A stretch of DNA of 63,621 bases, the filler included, from Choristocarpus tenellus KU-1152 (lineage: Eukaryota > Protista > Phaeophyceae), in NCBI GenBank assembly GCA_964200185.2. It is 11 parts of 11 records of this genome, joined end to end, with 100 filler letters (N's around TTAATTAATTAA, not from the genome) between each part and the next. Parts side by side here need not be neighbours in the genome. Positions count along the whole stretch, not along the records: positions 36,781 to 40,419 come from CAXNAD020018799.1; positions 40,520 to 47,646 come from CAXNAD020006647.1; positions 47,747 to 57,541 come from CAXNAD020003386.1; 8 more parts are not named here. One strand, given 5' to 3'. A program made the translations under genes and the position numbers. Within the stretch, counting starts at the first letter, position 1, and the number at the start of each line of letters is the position of its first letter. The notes under the pieces are model-generated. The model had not been told where the DNA came from. It searched no databases and was given only the letters and a program-made list of their open reading frames with translations. This document shows positions 37,960 to 51,149 of this stretch, piece by piece.

Positions 37960-40173
37960 GTCCTGGGGGATGATGAGGAGGCAGAGGCGTCCTTGACTGC
38001 TATTGTGGAGTCCACTAAAGAGGACCAGAGGAGTGAAAGTGAGATGTGTTATTTAGTTATTTAGTTGGTGTTTTTTGTTGCTTTTGCAAATATTAGTGTC
38101 AGGAGTTGTTTCCACCACTTATTTGCATTCATTTGTTTACTGCACCATGCAGGCATGCAGTAATTATTATTATTGTTATTATTATTATTATTGTGTTTTA
38201 AAATTAAATTTTCTGGAGTAGTACTAGCTTCATTATTTTCACCAATTGTGTTGCGCCCCGTATTGGTTGGGTGATGAGAAAGTATGATTGTGGATTATCT
38301 TGGTGCATTTTTTGTTTTGTTTCTATTTGTTCGCAGTGTAAAATGAGATGGGGGGAGTTGGATGGCGACATGCAGGCGTGTATCCAGTAGCCGTACTGAA
38401 TTCAACATTTGGATGTTCTCTTTGTCAATGGAAAAGGCGTTTTGTACTTTTCTTTTCTTTTTGTGATGGTACAGTTTTTTTTTCCGGTCTGTTGTTGCTT
38501 TTTTTGCCTGGAAAGAAGTCGAAATTGTGATCCAAGATCTTGATAATTGTATTGCCACAGTAAACTAGTATACCCAGTAAAAAGTTAAGTTTCCAAAGCC
38601 TCAGGCGGGGGGGGGAGAAACAAACTAATTTGACTTTTTTTTTTGTCAAATTTGGGAACGATAAATTGGAGGTGGGTTTTGGACACATTGCCCCTGGGTA
38701 ATCAAGGATGTAATCAAGGATTTGTCACAACGCTTGTGATTTCGGATGTGCCTCTGGTTCCTCCAGGCGTGATGGATGGTGTTGGATTGGATTGCACACA
38801 TCAAGTCAGTTTTTTTTTTGTAGTTGGGTGAAAGTATCTTAGAGGGTATGGGTTTTTTCCCTGTTTGTCCATTTGGGGCTTGACCTCCCACGGGTTTTTA
38901 ATAACATTTTTTACCTATACTCCGAAATAATTTCGGAGTATAGGTAAAATGTGTAGTCTAAAACAAGGATATTGACATCTTCTAACAAACACAATAGCCA
39001 AAATTATATCCAAATTGCAACATTGGAATTTTGGACCGCAAGTGGAGGCGGCTCTACCCTCTGAGATAATTCGACTGGGTTGACTGGGTTCAAATATAGC
39101 TTGTCGTCTATAGTGCTTCATTTGAAAGTCTCGACCCTCTCCTTTTGTTTTCTCATTTTTGACTATCGTTGATGTATGTGTGTGTGCTTGTTGTGTGTGC
39201 TTGTTTGTGTTGATTCAGGGTCTTGGATGGAAGTCTTTGCTCCCAGGGACAAGGCAGTGCGTGCTGCCATGCTGGTTGGAATAGGCCTTGGTTTCTGGCA
39301 GCAGGCTAGCGGAAGTGAGGTGGGCTTGTTGATATAATAGTTAAAATCAATTACTGCTACGTAGTGCTATGGAGTATTTGATGTTGCTACGAGTTGACTA
39401 ATGACTGTGCAGTACTACGTAGTATTTGTATGAGCTCTAGGTATAGAATAGTGTAGTGTGCGAACCAAATAATCCTGTTTTGTGATAGGGAGAGGGGGGG
39501 GGGGTCTATTTCGACACCTTTTGAGTGACTACCCAGGGCTTCATTCCTCATTTCGGCTGGCACCTTATTCCCATGCCCGATGGATGTGAAGCTGAGCCCT
39601 CTTAGTAGGCTGAAGCCATAGAGGAAAGGAGACTAATTTTTGTTCGTCCACGTAAGCGCAAATTTTCCATTCCGATTGCTAGAAGTGGAGTACCGGTGTG
39701 GAGTATCTCTCTCTCTCTCTCTCTGCATTGTATGTGTCAAATTGGTGATATACCTTACGATGTCACACTGGATCGCTATTTTTTTCCTTTATTTACTTCT
39801 GTAGTGGTAGCCTGCACCCCCCCCCCTAGACTATTCCATGGGTTCATCGATATCAATATGCCATCCATCCTGCCTACAAAACTGATGATTGTTTTTTTTT
39901 CACTCTGCTCCACCCCCTACATACCTACAATGATACAATGGGACCTTGTTGACTCTTGATTGCTACAGGCGGCTGTGTACTACACGCCGGAGGTCCTCCG
40001 GAACTCTGGGTGAGCAAAAGAGTTTGTTTTTTTTTGGTGCTGGCGAGAGTGAGTTCAGTCAGCACGGTGAAAGTCTTGGAGTTGTTAGTTTGTAGGATGG
40101 TCTTTTTTCTTTTTTTTTGAAACGATTTGTTTTCGTCGACGTATCAAGAGGCTAGTCTCTTGTTCATTCCACC

Positions 40174-40205
<32 letters not shown>

Positions 40206-40308
40206 TGTATGACAGGTGGGATAAACGTTCAGAGCAGTTGAGGGGGAACTTGGGTGTCGGGGGATTCAAGCTGGTTGGAGAGGTCATCGCTTTCTTCCTC
40301 TTGGACAG
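37960..40308 (+). CDS. MFS sugar porter (polyol/monosaccharide transporter-like), partial, 4 internal exons
   Basis: Exons 37960-38038, 39219-39319, 39969-40009, 40216-40308 join in phase to give ...SWMEVFAPRDKAVRAAMLVGIGLGFWQQASGSEAAVYYTPEVLRNSG...GVGGFKLVGEVIAFFLLDR. This matches the sugar-porter TM7 QQxSGxxAxxYYxP and TM8 'DR' motifs. Confidence 0.88.
38831..39070. mobile_element. MITE family B copy in a sugar-porter intron
   Basis: Ends TATCTTAGAGGGTA and TACCCTCTGAGATA. Internal sequence is shared with 48908-49352 and, reversed, 57325-57440. Confidence 0.7.
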
Positions 40309-42049
40309 GTGAGTGGGTGTTGTGACACTTTTTCGTAGTAGTTTTGATGTCACTGTAATTGAGAACGTCTGAGAAGGGGAGGGGGGGGGAGGGAGGGAGG
40401 GGGGGAGGGTCAAGTTTGGNNNNNNNNNNNNNNNNNNNNNNNNNNNNNNNNNNNNNNNNNNNNTTAATTAATTAANNNNNNNNNNNNNNNNNNNNNNNNN
40501 NNNNNNNNNNNNNNNNNNNTTTGTGGTGTTTATTGTTGGTTCCCTTCTCCGCTTCGGGCCCCCCCTCCTTCCCCCCCCCCCCCCCCCCCCCCCCCCCCAC
40601 ACACACACACATATTTTGAGTGTCCTTCAGAAGAGTACACCTTGTTAGACATTTCATTGCCAGCAATCCATCAACCACAACCCTGACACGGGTCAAAACA
40701 CAGAGGCAATATGTACAGTATTTGACAGGTTAAACATGATGTCCTTGGAAGTATCGACACCTATGTCTACAGTTCCACCTCATCCTCCATTACTTGGAAG
40801 GCTTTTCTTTAATGGGTGTAGGCATGTGCACACTTGGTATACCATCACCCTCTGAAAGTATGCGCTTGAGATTTGTTAGCAAGACTTGCTGCCATATTCA
40901 TTTTAACAAAAGGTTGGAGGACCACAATCAGATACTTTCCAAAACAGATGTGTATGCACACTAACAAAAATATGTATTCTGAATGATGAAGACTCATGGG
41001 TGTTACACAATAATTGCCAAGTTCTCCTGTTCTCTGGTATCTGACATTCACGTGTCCACCTGGATCACTTCTCCTCTCACATAACTTTATCTTCTTCTGC
41101 CATTGCTGAATCATGTAACCTCCCCCTGGACACCATAGCAATCATCATGATGTCGTTCCCTTTAATCAACAGACAAAAACACAAGTAGCAAACAGTCAAA
41201 ACATACACTTACGCTGTACCATAACATGATGAGACTACGAGCACAAGCACTCCTGCACCGTGTCTGAAGTGCTTAACGTGGCATAGCATAGTCACCAAGA
41301 CAAACATTAACCCACAATGTCAACAATGAGACTTAGCCAGTGTTGGGCATGATTCTAGTTAGATGATGAAATGAAATGTCACCCTTGCATCAATTTATAT
41401 TATATTCCTGCTGCTGCTGTCCATGTTTTACACAATTGACTTGTAGTGTGAAGTATTCCAATGATCTCACTTTCTACTGGATTTGGATGTCTGACACAAC
41501 AGTACACATACCAAGTGAGGGTTCAGTAGACTGTCCATGGAGGAAGCAAGTGAAATAGAAAGGAAAAGGAATGCAGTTGACAGCATCAAACTGCAAAGCT
41601 TAGCAAGTGCACTTTAGTAACTACTGTATTAAAGTTTGCATAGGAGCAGCAGATGAAAATATTGTAAGAATCTCAACACTTGAGGATCAGGAAGGCATTT
41701 CCTTTGGCATTAGCATCACAGCACTACTGCATCTCCTTCTCGAATGACCTTGCTCATTGATAAACTGGCTCAAGGAGGGTACCCCAAGTTGCAACCTCAA
41801 TGCATATCAAGCCCCTCCAAACTCGATCTTTATCAACACTGTTGTCTTCAAGTTCATCAACTGTAGATCAATGGAAAATCTCCAAGGGCTGGTCAATGTT
41901 GCAGTTCCCACAGAGTTTCTAAGGATCCTCAAGGTGATTAGGCACCTCCTGTTTCGCCTCCTCTCCCTTGAGGGTACCAGCACTTCTTTTGGGATGGAGT
42001 CATCTTCATCTATGAGGGACACTTGCAAGGGATTGCTTTCCCAGCCACA

Positions 42050-43950
42050 CAGATATCACACTCTACTACAGCAGCAGATACAGGGTATCTGAGTACAATC
42101 TGTGCAATGATGACCAGGGGGTATTTTTCCACCTCTAGTATCTCCAGAAAGCTACAACATCCACGCTAGAAGTGTCTTCCGTGAGGTTTGCAAATATCTG
42201 TAAGGTTTAAAGGGATAGAAGGGGTGTAATGGGAGGGGATTTTGCTTGTTCCTGCAGCAGCACAAAGGCTTAGTTTTATCCCTAATTAAAGAACTTGTAT
42301 AGGAGCACTTATAATTATGATATTCATTTATACTTCTGTTATGTAGCACAACAGAAAGTCACCACAGTAGCACTGAATACTGAATACTTGTCCTATGTAC
42401 ATCTGTGCAGGTAAACTGTGACTGTAGACTAGATATCCTTGCAAAAGTGGCACATACAAGTACAGAGAATATGATGTGAACTCACCTTGACTGTTCTCGA
42501 TTCCCGAAGGCCTCGCTTACTTGCTCCTCTGGAGAAGACAATAATGGACATTCCACTTCCTCCCCCCCATCACTCATCATCACCAGAAAAATTGAGATGC
42601 CTGCATCCTCTTGATACTCTCCACCACTCCAGTGAACCTAATCCGCTTTTCCACTGTGCCTATCTTTGGTACTATCAATCTTCAACCCTCTAGAATAAGG
42701 ATTTCACCTCCTTGATAGTCTGGGCAGTAAGATTCTCCAGATGTAACCACACCTTGCTGGCCACAGCTCAACACATCAGGACAGTTGCTCATGTTCAAAA
42801 TGTACTCAAAATTGCAGGACCTTCAGCAAGCACAGTGCCACAACCATATCAAAGAGATGAGTCGCATTCATGAAGTTGGGCTCATACTGCCTGACTGGGA
42901 ATCCCCATGCTATATGTTTACGAAAGCCTCATAGGTTTGACCTCATATGCTAGTGACTTCCCCACAATCAACCTCCTTTGGTGTGGCTTTCCCCACCAGC
43001 TACAGAATTCTTTTCATATGCATCGCGCAGGTGCAGGGGGGTGTCCACATTGAGAGTGTGGAATAGCAGCAGAAAAATTAGATACCATATTGATAATGGT
43101 ACAGACAGCTCATTCACCATCTGGCATGTGTGACATTGGTGCTACAATCTCAATGAACACAGTGTAGGTTTCTCACCTGATTGGGCAAACTGGCACACAC
43201 ATAATGGTATTTTACTTGGGCATGACAACACGATATTTATGCATTTTCATATATTTGGAGTAGATCAACAGAAGGAAGGTGATCTTACCAAAACAAGATT
43301 CAGAAAGTTGTACTCGGTTGGAACAAAATACCTGGCTCCTTCATTGCCTGGAGAAGCGTCGACTCCATGAAGTTACAACCAGACAATGACATTAATTCGT
43401 GTTCTTGTCGCTGTGGGATACTGTACACCTATGGGAAACCCATACAAGAGACGAAGGTCCCATCAAAAAATAATGTAAATACCAAAGACAGGGAAAATAC
43501 TTTGTATGGACAGCACAACTATGACCGACAATTGCTACAATGTGTCGCCTTGAAAAATGACATAAACCTATGTTAGGGTACCCTCTTCGTCCGCCTTGAC
43601 CAGGAAGTACAAATGGCAACACATTTCTACAAGCACTTGAGCACCACAGAAAGAGGTTACGAAGAGTAGGCATGTGTCTTTTTTCTAGAGGATTTGCACG
43701 TTCACACCTCGATATTCATGTGTGGAATGGGCAACAGGGCAACCCCCACCTTCTCCCGTAGGTTTTTCCAAAACGCATCTACTGTCTTGCGGCATGTACA
43801 CCCATGAGTATGGATGCTACCTGTCAAACGTACTATGAAACATGTAATGATCATCCCTAGTATCCTATGCACGACATAGTTGCCCCCTTGTTGAGCTGGG
43901 CAACTTGCAGATGTTGGTTTGACCATATAGTTACGTAATGGCGTATCTTG
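42050..43950 (-). mobile_element. Probable decayed Mutator-like (MULE) transposase
   Basis: Fragments in the expected order on the minus strand: IPL..V.P..E (about 43200), CAMHMKR (CxxH, about 43020), HRCT*DKY (SWIM-like, about 42400), GHHCTDC (knuckle-like, about 42110). Many stops. Confidence 0.4.
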
Positions 43951-46889
43951 ACATCCTCCATGTAACCGACCAGCTCTATGACTCGCATATTATGAACTTA
44001 GCATCACCAAAAAGGTACCCAAATATCCAAGAAAGAACAAGGTGTTCATGATCATTCCCACATTAAGTTATGTCACACTGTCCACACACACAATACATTA
44101 TATAAAAGATGGAAGGGTTGAAGCGTGCATGCTTGGTCAAAGCTCAATTATTGGGACAGATTCATGAGTTAGAAGTCTTCACGAGCTCCATAAAGCTAAA
44201 TCATAAAAGCTTCAAGCAGCTGACTTACTTGATCATCGAACCAATTGTTCGGGGAAAATGCTATCAAATATGACCAACTTAAATGTTTTCGTGTCTGGAC
44301 GATAGACTTTCAGAAGTCGATGCATTGATCCATTTCAGTCTATGAATCATGGATGACGCCATCACTGATACGTCCTTCTCTCGCATGCCCAACGTCATCT
44401 ACGAGTAAACGGCTCGCGTCCTTCATCTGCACCTTCGACGTTACAAACTGTTAAGGAGGTATGAAGGAGGGGATCTGTTCTTACCGTTGCTGTTCTTACC
44501 AGGTCGAGAACGATTGACAATAGGTTGCTCCTAACAGTGGCGACTGCTTTGCCTGAACTGCAGGTGGGGACGACTCGCGTGACAGAAGTCTTCATCCAGG
44601 TCTTGGGGGGAAAGCGTGAACTAGAGGGATTGAGGTCCAAATCTCGGATCTCCTGAACTATCACCCATCCAATACAAAACATACACCATATTCAAGTACT
44701 CTATATTTTGATCAAGTCAAATGTTCTGTGTATTTCATATTCGATGTGGAAAGTACGATACTCTTCTGTGAATATACGCGCGTTTTCTAGACGCGCGATA
44801 CACGTACAGATTTCGTTATTGTACAGTAGTACAATAGGAGTAGCAGTAGTATTCTTTTCGGTTAGTAGGAAGTTTTAAAAATTCATTTTTGAGAAGTTTT
44901 AAATTGGTGGTGTTTAATTCTATATATGATCATTACTTTTGACAACGATGTGAAAGGTTACGACTTTCGCTTGATATCGGTTTAACACTTGATGCCATCT
45001 ATCTCTAAATATTCAACTGTTCGTGTTCGCAAGAAAATTGCGGGGGCAACTGTTCTGATAGTTCTCCAAATCTTAGAGGTTTCCAAAGGAAAATGAGGAA
45101 GAGGATACATCTCTCTTCAACCAAACGGTTAAACAAAAAACCTATCAACGCCGATTTTCAATGCTCAAACACAAATCTCGAGTTATGGATGCCTCACGTA
45201 AGAAGTCTCTGGGTGGGGAATAAGGTAAACAGGAAGTAAAGGGGTTTGACCGCTGAGCCGCTTGCAGACGAAGGTGCCCAAGAACAGATGAGGCAAGAAC
45301 CCGCACGACTGCAGCGACAAGGAAGCGAGACTTGAAAGCTGCCCACGGAATGCTCAAGAGGTTAGGGAACCAGTGCCAACAAGCAAGTAGAAAAGCTCAA
45401 GTTGATCAGTGGAGAGGTGCTTTCCAGGTATCAGACATGTGCACTGCTGATCCTATACTACCAGTTTGTCATCTACAACCATATTGGACCAAACTGAGGT
45501 GATGGAGGGTATCCGCTTAGGCAAGGTTTTTCGCATTGTAATAATTTGGAAGGAGAAAGGTAAGATTTTTTGCACCTCTGGGACTGTTCGGGGGATTGTT
45601 CAAGTAGACTCCGTTAAGACACCTCGACGAGATGGAACTTTAATCTTTGCACAGCGTTCATTGGGAAATGTGATCTTCAGTCGGGATTTGATGACCGAGG
45701 TAAAGACAAAGTTCGGGGTGGAAATCACATTGAGGGGTATGGGTGCTATCCTGAAACACTTGGTCTAATTGCAGAGAAGGATTGGATCAAGATCCTCCGT
45801 CTGACAGAGGAGAGGAAGGCACGTATTTGCAGGCCGCTCGTGGAATACTGAGGGGGGTCCTTCAGGAGGAAATTGCAAAGGGCAAAATGATTATCCAAGT
45901 GAGAGATCAGATAAGGCTGGAGTGGTACGGTGACCCTGACTGGGATCGGATTGAGGGTGGATGGAAACCAGAAGGCTGTGTGGCAAGGTGGTTGCCCATG
46001 CCCACAAGGAGATGACAAAATGCATCTAGACAGAGGACAAGATATTGGAGGGAGACATATTCAACCTGACCGATGTTCTGTACAAGCTCAAAGGTACGGA
46101 CGTGTTAGGGAAATCAATGGATGCTGTAGAAGGGGGAGTAGATGAGGAGAATTACTGACAGTAGAATTTGAGGTGGAACTCGTGGTAGAAGATGATAACA
46201 ATGATGACGTCGAAGCTGACGAATTTGAGCCTGGAACTTAATTAGTATCAAAAGACAACCCAGCAACATTTAGAGTAATTCCAAGAACACTCAAATCCAA
46301 GCTTATTTTTGTTGAAATGTTCTGCACTGCTAACCAAAACGATTTGAGCCACCAAGAACATATCCTATGCGTATTGTGTATATCAGCATTCCAATGAGAT
46401 AGGTTCATTCACATCATGAATAATTAGAATAATGGAGTGAAATACAAGAATAACAGAAATTCTTCCAAAAACAGAAATGCTCCCCTTACGTAGGTAATGC
46501 ACCCTATTGCACGCTATATTGTGAATCGAAGGTCTACTAGAGCTTGATCGATGCGTTAGGATGTCAGCTTTCATTCTATATGTTTATGTATATATATAAA
46601 AATATGTCATGAGATGAATCCGATCTATAACAGATTTCGCGTCCATTGGAATGTCTTTCAGTCTACTCTTCGTGGGACTGGAGTATTTTCTCCAAATTTG
46701 ACCTTAGACGGAATGTATCTCGGGTTCCAGGTGGAATTAGGACCTCAATAAAACTATATTAGATCCGGATTAACCTCACAATTCCAACCATTATTTGTTT
46801 TGTTGCCTACCTAGCATCCCAGAAGATATGTTTTAAACCTTGAATATTACTTCCCTCCGTAAATAGAACAATAGTTTAGGGGTATCCCT

Positions 46890-47100
46890 GTGTGAATCGT
46901 ATGGTTCTGTGGTGGCATGGTTCATTCGGGGAAGGGTGGTGAAGAGAATCACCAGGCAAGACGGACCAGACGGGCAAAGACGAACCGTAACCCAGAGGGT
47001 GAGGTTAAGGTTGGACAAGTGCAAAAACTGCATAGGGTGTGGGGAGGAGGGTGGAGAGGATCTCATGAGAGTGGGATCCCCAAAATGTCAAGACGTGACA
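46890..47100. repeat. Interspersed repeat with a second copy at 61553-61740, likely retroelement-derived
   Basis: Both copies share GTGTGAATCGT...AAGGGTGGTGAAGAGAAT...GGCAAGACGGACCA...GAGGTTAAGGTTGGACAAGTGCAAA. Confidence 0.8.
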
Positions 47101-48534
47101 TTGAGGAGAACAATGATGTTTGGCATCTCTGAGTGAAGGGATATCAACTACCTGAGGGAGGGATCTCTTGAAAATATTCCACGTCCCAATATCACAAAAG
47201 ATCCTCCACTGAAAATTCGAGGAGGAAGGTCGAAGGGAGGGACTGGGTTTGGATGGCCAGGATTTGCTGCGTCTGGGTGTAGGTGCAGGATCTGTGTAAG
47301 TCCTCAAGCAGGACACTCAAAATTGCGATAGAGACATCTCAGGCCAGGGCCTTTCCAGACAGCACTAAAATAAATCACATTCTGAGCCTACCATCCCCTG
47401 AAAATGTTCAACAAAAAATGGTTGTGAAGTATAGATGTTGCAGGCGATATGTCTTGATAGCGGTTTCATAAACGCCATTATGACATTGAAGTTCTAGATT
47501 TGATATATTTGTACTCCTTGACTATTTATTTATTATTTGGTCAGTATGGTCCCCGATTGTGATAAGACATCGTGGATCAGTTCCTTTTATATGATGATAT
47601 TGATGTTAATTCAAGTGAGAGATCCAGCATAACTGACGACTTGTGCNNNNNNNNNNNNNNNNNNNNNNNNNNNNNNNNNNNNNNNNNNNNTTAATTAATT
47701 AANNNNNNNNNNNNNNNNNNNNNNNNNNNNNNNNNNNNNNNNNNNNTTTTCTTTTGTTTTTTTTTTTTTTCTCTTGGTTGATAAATATAAAAATAGCCTC
47801 CCCCCCCCCCCCTTCGCCTTCTCCGGGAGGATTTGTTTTTCAATTAAAATTAATTAAAATAGCATTGCGTCCCAGTTGAGAAGAATGATCCTCTGCCCTA
47901 CCATGCCTAGGCACAGTCTGTGCACATATAGGTAACAGACGTGCCGAGGTGTTCTAGACATTGGACTGCAGTCCTTTCATCAGCAGGGACGTGCAGACTG
48001 CTTTAACACCGTGGCCGCTTTGTTTAGTACAGAGATGAATCTGTGCCTGAGGGATTGTGATCCTTGAAAGGTTCATCCCAGCCCTACTTTGGGAAGGGAG
48101 ATTGATCATTTACTTACCTCCTCGCAAGCTCATCCGTCCAATGTCTTTGAGGAATATGGACGGCCCGGCCCCCCCCCCGGGGGTCAAAGGTTATCGTGAT
48201 GGTCAGTTTCACGCTTGAAGGGTTGTTGGCGTTATCGACATTGCTGCGTTTTTTGTTTTGTTTCGTTTTTTTTACTGAAGAGCAGAACGCCACCGCCTTT
48301 TGTTTTTCTATATAGACGAGACGTATAAACCGTTTCGGCTTCTTGTGCTGTCGTTGTGGGGATAGTCTTTTCCAGTAACTGTGGGGATACCTGTTGAGAA
48401 CGAGCTTTTTTGTTTTTTGTTTTTTGTTTTTTTGTTTTTTTGTCATGTTCCGGGGTTTGCTCTTTCTTACTCATGTTGACAAGTCAGACACAAATTAAGC
48501 CATTTTCGTGTGGTGGCGTACGGGTCAATTTCCG

Positions 48535-48731
48535 AAACATCAATGGAAACATCAATGGAAACATCAATGGAAACATCAATGGAAACATCAATGGCCGTTC
48601 CCGCCATTGGTTGGTACTGAATTGGACTCTGTTTTTGAGTATCGGGGAACATCCTCGCGAAGAATGGACTCTGTTAGGAGTTAACTCTTTCAGTTAACTC
48701 TTTCAGTTAACTCTTTAAGTTAACTCTTTCA
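48535..48731. repeat. Short tandem arrays (AAACATCAATGG)x5 and (GTTAACTCTTTCA)x4
   Basis: Directly visible at 48535-48594 and 48680-48731. Confidence 0.9.
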
Positions 48732-48907
48732 TTTTTGGATCCGAATCATCTGTACCCATTAATAATTTCTGGGAGAGAGCGGTGAGTGGGGAATCTTCCG
48801 ACAGCAAAGGTGAAGTGTGGACGAATCTACGCCCTTCATTCACACCGTGATTTTTTTTTTGTTTTATACAACTTTGTTGCTCACAAGGGGGCAAATCATT
48901 AGAGTGA

Positions 48908-48944
48908 AAAGTATCTTAGAGGGTACGAGTTTTGCCCGGTTTGT

Positions 48945-48977
<33 letters not shown>

Positions 48978-49352
48978 CTGCTAAATGTGTCGGAATAAGG
49001 TACAATGTATTTGTCATGAAAATGGTGTGCTGGAACACGNNNNNNNNNNGTTTTATACAAGTGTGTTGCTCACAAGGGGGCCCATCATTAGAGTGAATTG
49101 TTTTTTTGAGGGTACGAGTTTTGCCCGGTTTGTCCATTTTTTTTTTTTTTTTTACATTTTTCCTACTGCGAAATGTGTCGGAGTAAGGTACAATGTATAT
49201 GTCATGAAAATGGTGTGCTGGAACACGAGGATACTGACACTTCCCAACAAACACGATATAGCCGAAATTACATCTCAACAATCACAACGTTGGATCTCAG
49301 CCCCCAAACGGACGCGAATCTACCCTAACCCTAAGATGTAAGATACTTTGGC
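48908..49352. mobile_element. MITE family B copy spanning a 10-N gap
   Basis: AAAGTATCTTAGAGGGTA...TACCCTAACCCTAAGATGTAAGATACTTT. Sequence on either side of the gap is duplicated. Confidence 0.65.
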
Positions 49353-49580
49353 TCTTTATGGAGGAATTCCAATCGATTTTGTACGTATATATATATATTT
49401 ATTTACACGAACCGTTTGCACGACCTTTGAACATAGGTTAGTGGTAACACAAAAAATATATATATATATATATTTTATACACAATTTTGTGGAGGGAGGA
49501 TGAGTTGTACCACCACAAGTGCTTGTACTTCCAGGAACATGTTTTGAGCACAGGACTGATGGTACTGAAAAGCAAAGTGC

Positions 49581-49630
49581 GACCACTGAGACCACTGCGA
49601 GACCACTGCGAGACCACTGCGAGACCACTG
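49581..49630. repeat. (GAGACCACTGC)n tandem repeat, 4-5 copies
   Basis: Directly visible. Confidence 0.85.
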
Positions 49631-49828
49631 ACCATCGATACTCGGAACAACGCCTGCGTACACACCTATTCAACTTTTAAAAGTGAAGGGACACCAACAT
49701 GACACTCTACGCGGCGTCATGATACCTAGGGTCCTGCCACAGCTTCCACAACATGTTAAGTTTAGAAGGGGGAGTGATTTTTTTTTTGTTATCCGTAGAG
49801 GAACAAGGGAATGAAGTACTGTGTTGAC

Positions 49829-50250
49829 AAAGATTTGCGCACGCAATTGTTCTTTCCTGTTAAATTCAAGATGGTCAGATTTTTTGTATTCAATTATTCT
49901 TTGCTGTTCAATCACAATGTAAGATTTGCACGCACTATTGTTCTTTCCTTTTAAATTGAAAAATGACAAGATTTGTGCATGATGATTGTTCCTTCCTGTT
50001 AAATTCAAACTTATAAGATTTGTAGACATTTGTTCTTTCCTTTCAAAATCAATATTAGAAGATTTGTAGACAATTGTTCTTTCCTTTTAAATTCAACACT
50101 AGAAGACTTGTACACAATTGTTCTTTCCCCTTAAACTCCAACATTTTAAGATTTGTACACAATTGTTCTTTCCCCTTAAACTTCAACATTTTAAGATTTG
50201 TACACAATTGTTCTTTCCCCTTAAACTCCAACAATGTAAGATTTGTACAT
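49829..50250. repeat. Minisatellite, about 45-bp unit, about 9 diverged copies
   Basis: Unit AAGATTTGTACACAATTGTTCTTTCCCCTTAAACTCCAACATTTT, with clean 45-bp spacing at 50148, 50193 and 50238. Confidence 0.9.
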
Positions 50251-51149
50251 CCAGACGAGCTAGGGACAGATTACCAATACACAACCGGTTTTCCTCGACA
50301 CATGAGAGACGAATCATCTATATACGCAATGATAAAATATTGAGTGGTATGTACAAATCATGTGTACATGGTAACCAACAAGGTTATACCGTCCAATCAG
50401 GATTTGTACAAGATTCCTCAACACTGAGTTATACTCAGTACATGATATGTGGTACAAGATTCCTGGGTAGAAATGATTTCTACATCTTCACCACTCCTTG
50501 AACCTTCCCATACAAAAAATTGTGCACATTTTTTTTTTCCTGTTTTATGAAGTGTAAAGGTGCTAATCACCATTTTTTCGACATGTGCTCGCGTTCTACT
50601 CCTGCGCTCACGAGGGCATGATAGCATCAAGGGAGATGAAATTTTGATTCTAATAAAAATTGTTTCCGCCCAACTAGCCCCTGCAGTCTAGGAAAACAAT
50701 TTGACCTTTCTTGAAATTTGTGGGGTGGTATTGACTGGAAGGAACTGATGGTGGTTGGCACAGACTGACACCTCTGCTGATTTTGTTCTGCCTTACTTTC
50801 ATCATGCATCATCCACGCTTCCCAGCCCACCCCAAGAGTCATCTCATTCATTGGTCTCCAAACCGCCACGAATGGAAAGTTACACGCTAAACTGGTTAGG
50901 TAACTGGTTAGCTAACTGGTTAGGTAATAGAACAAAAACTGCAGAGGGCGGAGCAGGGATTGACGCACCCAGTTCTGGTCTTGCAAGTCCTTGTATCAGT
51001 GTACTGGAAGAGAAAGTGGCTAGGCAGACCACTTACCCTCTGAGCAATGCCTGTGCTCGCCTATACATTGTCGAGATATTTATATACCCATGTTCCATGA
51101 AGGCGGTAGCCTCATGTGAGATCATTAATAGTGGCTGGGGTGCCAGAGT

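Noticed and set aside
9242-40308. GH30 + kinase + sugar porter as a metabolic gene cluster
   Set aside because: They lie on different contigs joined by linkers. Only UAP56 and the kinase are demonstrably linked.
5450-48117. A class of very short introns (43-67 nt at 5450-5492, 23394-23442, 44433-44499, 48063-48117)
   Set aside because: All lie in unverified genes, while confirmed introns here are at least 148 nt. Phase compatibility can arise by chance, so RNA-seq is needed.
48866-49227. Tandem duplication of about 170 bp
   Set aside because: The two copies flank a 10-N gap and contain poly-T runs, so an unmerged scaffold overlap cannot be excluded.
49829-50250. CRISPR-like array
   Set aside because: Units are head-to-tail with no unique spacers, there are no cas genes, and the context is eukaryotic. 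It is an ordinary minisatellite.
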